From NCBI GenBank assembly GCA_040954595.2, contig CM082580.2, positions 8,100,390 to 8,164,389 on the forward strand: 64,000 bases of DNA, in the 5' to 3' direction. This DNA comes from Balanoglossus misakiensis (taxonomy: Eukaryota; Animalia; Hemichordata). Of the stretch, positions 58,357-64,000 are shown piece by piece. The notes beneath the pieces are model-generated. The model was not told the DNA's origin. It saw only the letters and a program-made list of their open reading frames with translations, and did not search any database. The position numbers were made by a program, and so were the translations under genes. Within the stretch, counting starts at the first letter, position 1. Each line of letters starts with the position of its first letter.

Positions 58357-59031
58357 TTATCTGCTCATAAATTTCAAAACAGCGAGACTCACAGCGACTG
58401 ACCCGACAGTCAGAACGATGGGCTCGGCGGGTTTCACCACGTATCTTTGAAAGTAGTACCACCTGTTGCGCTCTGGGAAGTACATTTGGAGCGCTTTCCC
58501 TTTGTCTATCCACCCCTTGGACATTGTGTCATGCACCCGCGGGAACGTCCAGTCTTCGCTCTTGATGAAGTCCTCTTCGATTCTCTGGTGCTCGTCGATG
58601 AACTCCTTGTACTCGTTCAGAAGCACCTCCCTCCGCTCGCCGGTCTTGGCTTCGGGGATCGTGTCGCCCCAAGCTCGCACTTTCTTCTGGAGCGCCTTCA
58701 TCCGGCTGGCCGCCGAGTTGTGGAGTTTCTTCTTCGCGGCGGGGTCCTGCTGCGTGCTGTACAACTGGGCGTAGGCGGCCGTGCCGAAGGAAGCCAGGCA
58801 CAGCATCGCCGCCGTGCGGGGGTTACTAGTACTCTGCTGGTCTTGGGAACCCCACGAAAGTAGGGCCTTCCCGCCAAACGCCGCCCCGAAGGCGGCGCAC
58901 ACGGCTTTGAAGTAAGTCAGCCGCCGGTCGAGGGTCTCGTAATACTCGGCGCTGATGTAATGTGCACGAGCGTGAAAGTACAGCTCGTACTCTTCAAAGT
59001 CAGATTTTCGCTTGAAAGTTGCGTCATCCAT
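58357..59031 (-). CDS. SLATT-like two-transmembrane effector-domain protein with a C-terminal tail anchor (224 aa), intronless CDS
   Basis: Open 675-nt ORF with the GC3-rich codon usage of the neighbouring genes. A probable 5' UTR intron lies at 59175-59089 and AATAAA at ~58170-58175. Pattern: AHYISAEYY..LDRRL, TM1, short loop, TM2, DPAAKKKLHNSAASRMKAL, then helical YKEFIDEHQRI. This is the layout of bacterial SLATT domains. Confidence 0.75.
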   Translation of the reverse strand: MDDATFKRKSDFEEYELYFHARAHYISAEYYETLDRRLTYFKAVCAAFGAAFGGKALLSWGSQDQQSTSNPRTAAMLCLASFGTAAYAQLYSTQQDPAAKKKLHNSAASRMKALQKKVRAWGDTIPEAKTGERREVLLNEYKEFIDEHQRIEEDFIKSEDWTFPRVHDTMSKGWIDKGKALQMYFPERNRWYYFQRYVVKPAEPIVLTVGSVAVSLAVLKFMSR

Positions 59032-60647
59032 TTAGTAAAACTTGGTTTGTGGCAAAAATACCAATTCAGCAAGTCGGTGGACTTATAACTGGGAGAAAGA
59101 CAGAAAGACAAACAGACAAGAAATGCTTATCTCAAACACGCGTATTTCTTTGAAAAACAGCCCCAATAAATGTACCTGTCACTTTTATGATACAATTATT
59201 CATTCAATAAAATAGTTGTAAACTCGTGCAATGGGCCACCCACAATGGGCGGCAGAATAAACGGATGCGGCACCCGTTTATTATTTAACGTGTTCATTTC
59301 TCCATGTACAGCCACAATTCGCTGCAGTTCAGTAGCTCGATTTTTTCCTGGTTTGGGTGTTGTACGTCTATTGAACTGGGAACTGCAGCTAAGCTATAAT
59401 CAGACGTTGGCAATATGCTTGTGTAGTGTATATCATTCTGTGTTTGAAAATAAATTCGTGAAAAGAACTTGATCACTCCCGAATACTGTCAGTTCTCTGA
59501 CCCCGCCCTGCTCTATAGCCTACTCGGCTAACATAGGCGGATCATACTGGCTTTTCCGACGTATATTGGGCTCCCAAACCAGCCGTTTGTTACCCCGGGC
59601 CTTGTCTGCTCCATGACATACCACAGACAAAGCAGGACATACGTAGCAGGCAGGCCCCGGCATAATTGCCTATACTAAGTACATAGACCACTGCCTATGA
59701 TAGTAACGACTGTCTTCTCAGACACGAAATCATGGCACTTAACAGAATTATATTATGCCTCAAGGTCACTGATCATGTGGTCGATATCACATTACCTGCT
59801 ACGTTGAATTTTTCTACAAACCAGCTGGTCTGTGCACCAGGAAGTAGTTTGAGATCACCTGCATGTGTGAAAGCACATCTACGTTAAGAATTTACCCAGA
59901 CTTCATTGCGCGACCTGCCCCGTGGAGTTTTACTGCATCGCGCAGGGCATAGGCCCCCTAATAGGTGTTTTGTCGTGTGAGGTTCGCATCGGTAAAAATC
60001 TCATTCAAACTTCAGACATTACAGTATTAATACAGACTATTCTCTTTTTCATGGTCTTTTGAGGTGGCAACTTGTCAATAATGAAAAAGACACTGCAAAT
60101 CCACCAAATTTTCACACAATCATACTGAACACGTTCTCAAAAACGCTTTCTCAAAATTTTGCTAACTTACTTAGAATTACAGTTATCGTAATATAAACAA
60201 ACTAATGAGTGGGTCAGCCCTCACAGCCATGGATTGATTGGTTCAACCCAGTTGTTTTCAATAATAATGGTCAGACCCCTCTACAGGGAACTGGGGAGGG
60301 TGGGGTTATATTTTGGACCTGTTGTACTGCTTACTGAGTGCAGCCAATTTCTGTTCTAAGACAAGTTAGACCTTAGACTAAGAGTGCACACATTCAAAAG
60401 TTTACTTGTCTTAGACAAGAATATGAAAATAAGGCACTGCACATTTTTATTTTTCAAAAAGTGCATCAATGTATGCCTCGTTCCTGTGTGTGGACATGCT
60501 ATTTTCAATGAAAATTTATCTGTACAGCGGTCCATGTACTAGTCTCAGCCATATGCTCTCTTTGCAGACACAGACCTGTACCAAAGGATCATGTCACGGC
60601 CAGCACACAGGGCCAAAATTTTATCTTGGCAGTGTCCACGGAAGGCA

Positions 60648-63600
60648 TCACATGCTTTTAGCTCTTCCTCTTCCTTTCTTCTTCTTCTTCTTTTTGCTCC
60701 TACCGCCGGAATGTTGCTGGGTGTCTAAAACTTGAAAAGGACAAAAACATTATTATAGCAAGGACATGATACAGCTTGGCAGAAGAGTATGCCTCCACAC
60801 AGGATTCGTTTTTTCGATAAAAACCATTAGTTAGAGTCAGTCCAGCCATCTGATGAAAATCTATTATCTGCATTATTATATCCTGGTCTGCGTTTGTTGA
60901 TGTTTATTTACTTATTGATTACTTTGTCTACACATATTTTCATGCACTAAATAAAAGACCAATTTACCTGCAGCTGTGTCTGGGTACACTGGGAAAGTGG
61001 CTGGAATCTGTTCATGGGTTTGTTGGTTGAGGAGCATTAACTCTGTATCCAAGGGCAACCACTCTGGGGGATGAGGTGCCTGTGTCTTGGGTCTGTTGCC
61101 TAGGTGATATGTGGCCCTGATGAGGAGAAAAAGCCAGATTAGAAGATTAGACACAGATGGTGGTATTACTGTAGTACTCCCTGTCAGCTAGGGCCCATGC
61201 TTGGCCATGCATGCACGACCACACATTTCTCATCAAAGTCTCAATTTGTGGTTATATCGTTCGATCAACCCATCCCGATTAGACCTTTGCACCCTGTGAC
61301 CCCATGGTGACCCCTGATGTCATTTAGAAGCTCACTTCTGAGGTTTCAAAGGGTGTAAAAGTGGGCACCACTGACCTCTTGGCATTGTCCTTGTTCACAC
61401 TTCTGTAAATGCAGACATGGAGATCGCCACAGGAGTGAACTAACAGGAACTCACCAACCGGTAACCTGGTCCATGTCCATCAAAAACAGAAAGAAGCATT
61501 TTTAATAAACTGGGACAATCTCAGCACTCCCCTTCCCCCCCCCCCCCCATTTTATTACACAGTGGATTGAACCACACCACTGATGACAACAGGGTTGGAC
61601 CCAATGTGTGCTAGAAAAAAGGTCAAAAAAGGCACTTTCACTGAAGACAAAAGAATTCACGTTTGTGGGCGTTTACTGATTTGCATAATAATCTTCAAAG
61701 GATATGTACTTACGTTTTCATTTTTTCGAAGACACTATGCAGCATCTTCATGGAGCCAGCTGGACTGGTGAGAGTTAACAGAAACAATGGATTTATTGGC
61801 AAGTTATAAGGTTCTGCTGTGTTCATGTCCACTGACCTGAATGATTTGGCTGTTCAGAAGTAACAGAGTGATTGACCATGCTTAAAAACAGAGACTGGAC
61901 ACTCACTTAAATTTCCCGGAAGACAACAACTTTGGCACCTCCAATTTCTCCAGCATCATGACTTCAGATGTGAATGCATTAATGTGACCTGAAAAATAGT
62001 AATGCACTAGAATAAACTATACCTGCCCAATGTAAGTGTTTCACTTTAATTGAGGGTGGAGGTAGGGACAAAGGCAAACACAAATGATATAATCTTAATG
62101 AGCAACTCAACGGTGGGTGAAGAATGTGTAAAAAACATGTTGATAGTAGTACAACTACACCAGCTCAATATCTACCGGTAGTGGTAAAAGCATGGGCGAT
62201 TTTTGATAGTTAATGCAAGAACATATGTACCTCTTACAAGGACTGTATTGGGATGAACGTGTGACCTCATCCACTCCCTGGATAGCTGTCCCGATGATGT
62301 CTTCTCTAAACCAAACTTGGGCTGATATTCCAGCTTGGGAGATATGCTCAATAACTTCAACTGCAAAATGAAAATATGAAAGAGGATCAGGTTTTGAAAA
62401 ATTCACCCGGAAACGACCAGACTTAATGCCTGCCCTGATACAAATTCAAATGAGAGGACATGGAAACAGCAAATGTGTAGCTCTTGATACTTGCCTTCTC
62501 AGCCTCTTTGCAGTACCCTTGAACTTTGCCTCTGACCAGCAGTCTCAACTTCCCGAAACTCCACAAATCGTAGACGGCATTGTCGGTGGAATCAGCATCG
62601 TCGTCCAGTCCCGCAGCTACTTCCTCAGGGTTCCCCATTTTCAACAATCTGGAATAGAGATCGTCTCTTCCCGGTTCTTGTTGGGTGTGGTGTCTGTCTG
62701 TGCACTGCTGCTGTGGTGCAGGTGGGTCCCTCCGCTGGGCGACGCTTTTAGTTTCGTCCAGTTTTCCCTTCAGTTTGAGGATATCTTCCAGGGTCTTGCG
62801 TGTCAAGACCTCTCTTGGCTGTCTGCACCCTGCCCCACTGTTGTCAGCTGCATTCGTAAGGCAGTGGCTCTTATCCGGGGTCTTTGCCTGTTTCGAAGGC
62901 AAGGGAGTTGTGGACGACTTGTTCCCCTTTCTGTCCGTCTTTCCGGTGGAAACTACTGACGGCAAGTCATCAAAAGAGAAATTCTGTTCAACTTTCCTTC
63001 CAACCACCAAACCTGCTGCTTCGGGCTTTCCCGCTGTCGACACCTCAGTCTTCGTTTGACAGACGCGAATGTCATCATGACCTTCAACTTTGACAAAGTC
63101 ACTCGGCCCTTCAGACTTGCGTCTCTTACTCTGCCTAGTGGGAGTTGTCGTTGCACCAGTGCAGTCTTTTGTATTCTTCTGCAATGAACCACTCTCTTTC
63201 ATATTTTGTTTGATGGTCGCTGTTCTCTTTGGCGCTCTTCTTTTGGGAGGGGGCGCCACATCGCTTTCGCTTTTGTGAGCACGTAATCTCGCCGATCTCC
63301 TCACAGGAGTCGTTTTCAAACCCTTCACCTCCTCTACATCAGTAAGTTCCAAATTTTCTGACTGAACACATACTTTTTCTGACATACTGTCCGAACTGTC
63401 TGAAACTTTCAACTCTATCACTGCATCGACAGTTTCACTTTGACCACCACTATTTCGCTTTGCTGGTTCCACTTCGAAGTTTTTCTTAGCACTTCTGTCC
63501 ACCGAGTCATCTTCTGTTTGACTCTCTGCCGACTTGACGTTGTCCGTATCGATGAACAGTTCCATCTCCGATTCCGCAAGATTTTCCTGAGAGCTCGAGT

Positions 63601-64000
63601 CGGAGAAGAGGAGGTGGCATTGCTTGGTGAAATCAGCGTTCAGGTCCTTGCCTTCTTTCGTTGCACTGTCGGTTGTTTCAGCTACATCTGCTCCCGTCCA
63701 ATTCTTGATTTGCAGACTCGAGTGTCCATGTTCCACTGACTCTGAGTGGCTTTCTTTATTGGGGGCAGCTTTATCCTCTGGCGATTCTGCTGATCTGCGA
63801 TAGCTTTCACAAATCTCACTCTTCCTGGTCTTATGTAACTCTGCCTTAACATCAGCTGAGCTATCGGTATGTTGCCCGGGAACGTTCTGATCGCGAACTG
63901 AAATGCGTAAACTCTGACGACCCTCAATGTTAAGGTCTTGTGCACCTGGTACATCACCTGATGCACTGGAAGTCAACTTTTGACCACCAGAACCACTACT
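60648..64000 (-). CDS. ICE2: Little elongation complex subunit 2 (ICE2/NARG2), 3' part; the gene extends beyond the window
   Basis: Exons >64000-62495, 62360-62231, 61988-61907, 61764-61714, 61465-61376, 61116-60968, 60730-60648. A long low-complexity exon is followed by NARG2_C-like motifs YDLWSFGKLRLLVR, PKLEYQPKFGLE and GHINAFTSEVMMLE (human: PKVEYQACYGVE, GHIDAFTSKLFLLE). The C-terminus is basic and NLS-like. Confidence 0.88.

Overview
This is eukaryotic, intron-rich animal DNA. Gene content and style suggest a marine invertebrate, possibly a deuterostome, but that is inference only. I reconstructed seven protein-coding genes by hand from splice sites and reading-frame continuity: (1) an uncharacterised secreted ~512-aa protein with a catalytically dead legumain/caspase-fold (clan CD) domain, minus strand, 1816-9234; (2) GALNT11, minus, 20837-26960; (3, 4) two tandem secreted, probably GPI-anchored beta-lactamase/PBP-fold serine hydrolases, plus, 35864-39295 and 44187-50132; (5) a bursicon-alpha-like cystine-knot hormone, minus, 56378-57262; (6) a protein with an intronless CDS resembling SLATT 2-TM effectors of bacterial defence systems, plus a C-terminal tail anchor, minus, 58357-59031; (7) the 3' part of ICE2/NARG2, minus, 60648 to beyond 64000, with a GC-AG intron. 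Also present: two near-identical intron-containing tRNA-Leu(CAA) genes, three copies of a TTAA-flanked Kolobok-like MITE, a foldback element with a 9-bp target-site duplication, a decayed env-like fusion-glycoprotein relic upstream of the GALNT11 CDS, and several microsatellites. The best candidate for an undescribed system is the animal SLATT-like effector, followed by the secreted pseudo-peptidase. All family calls come from motif recognition by eye; no database searches were run.
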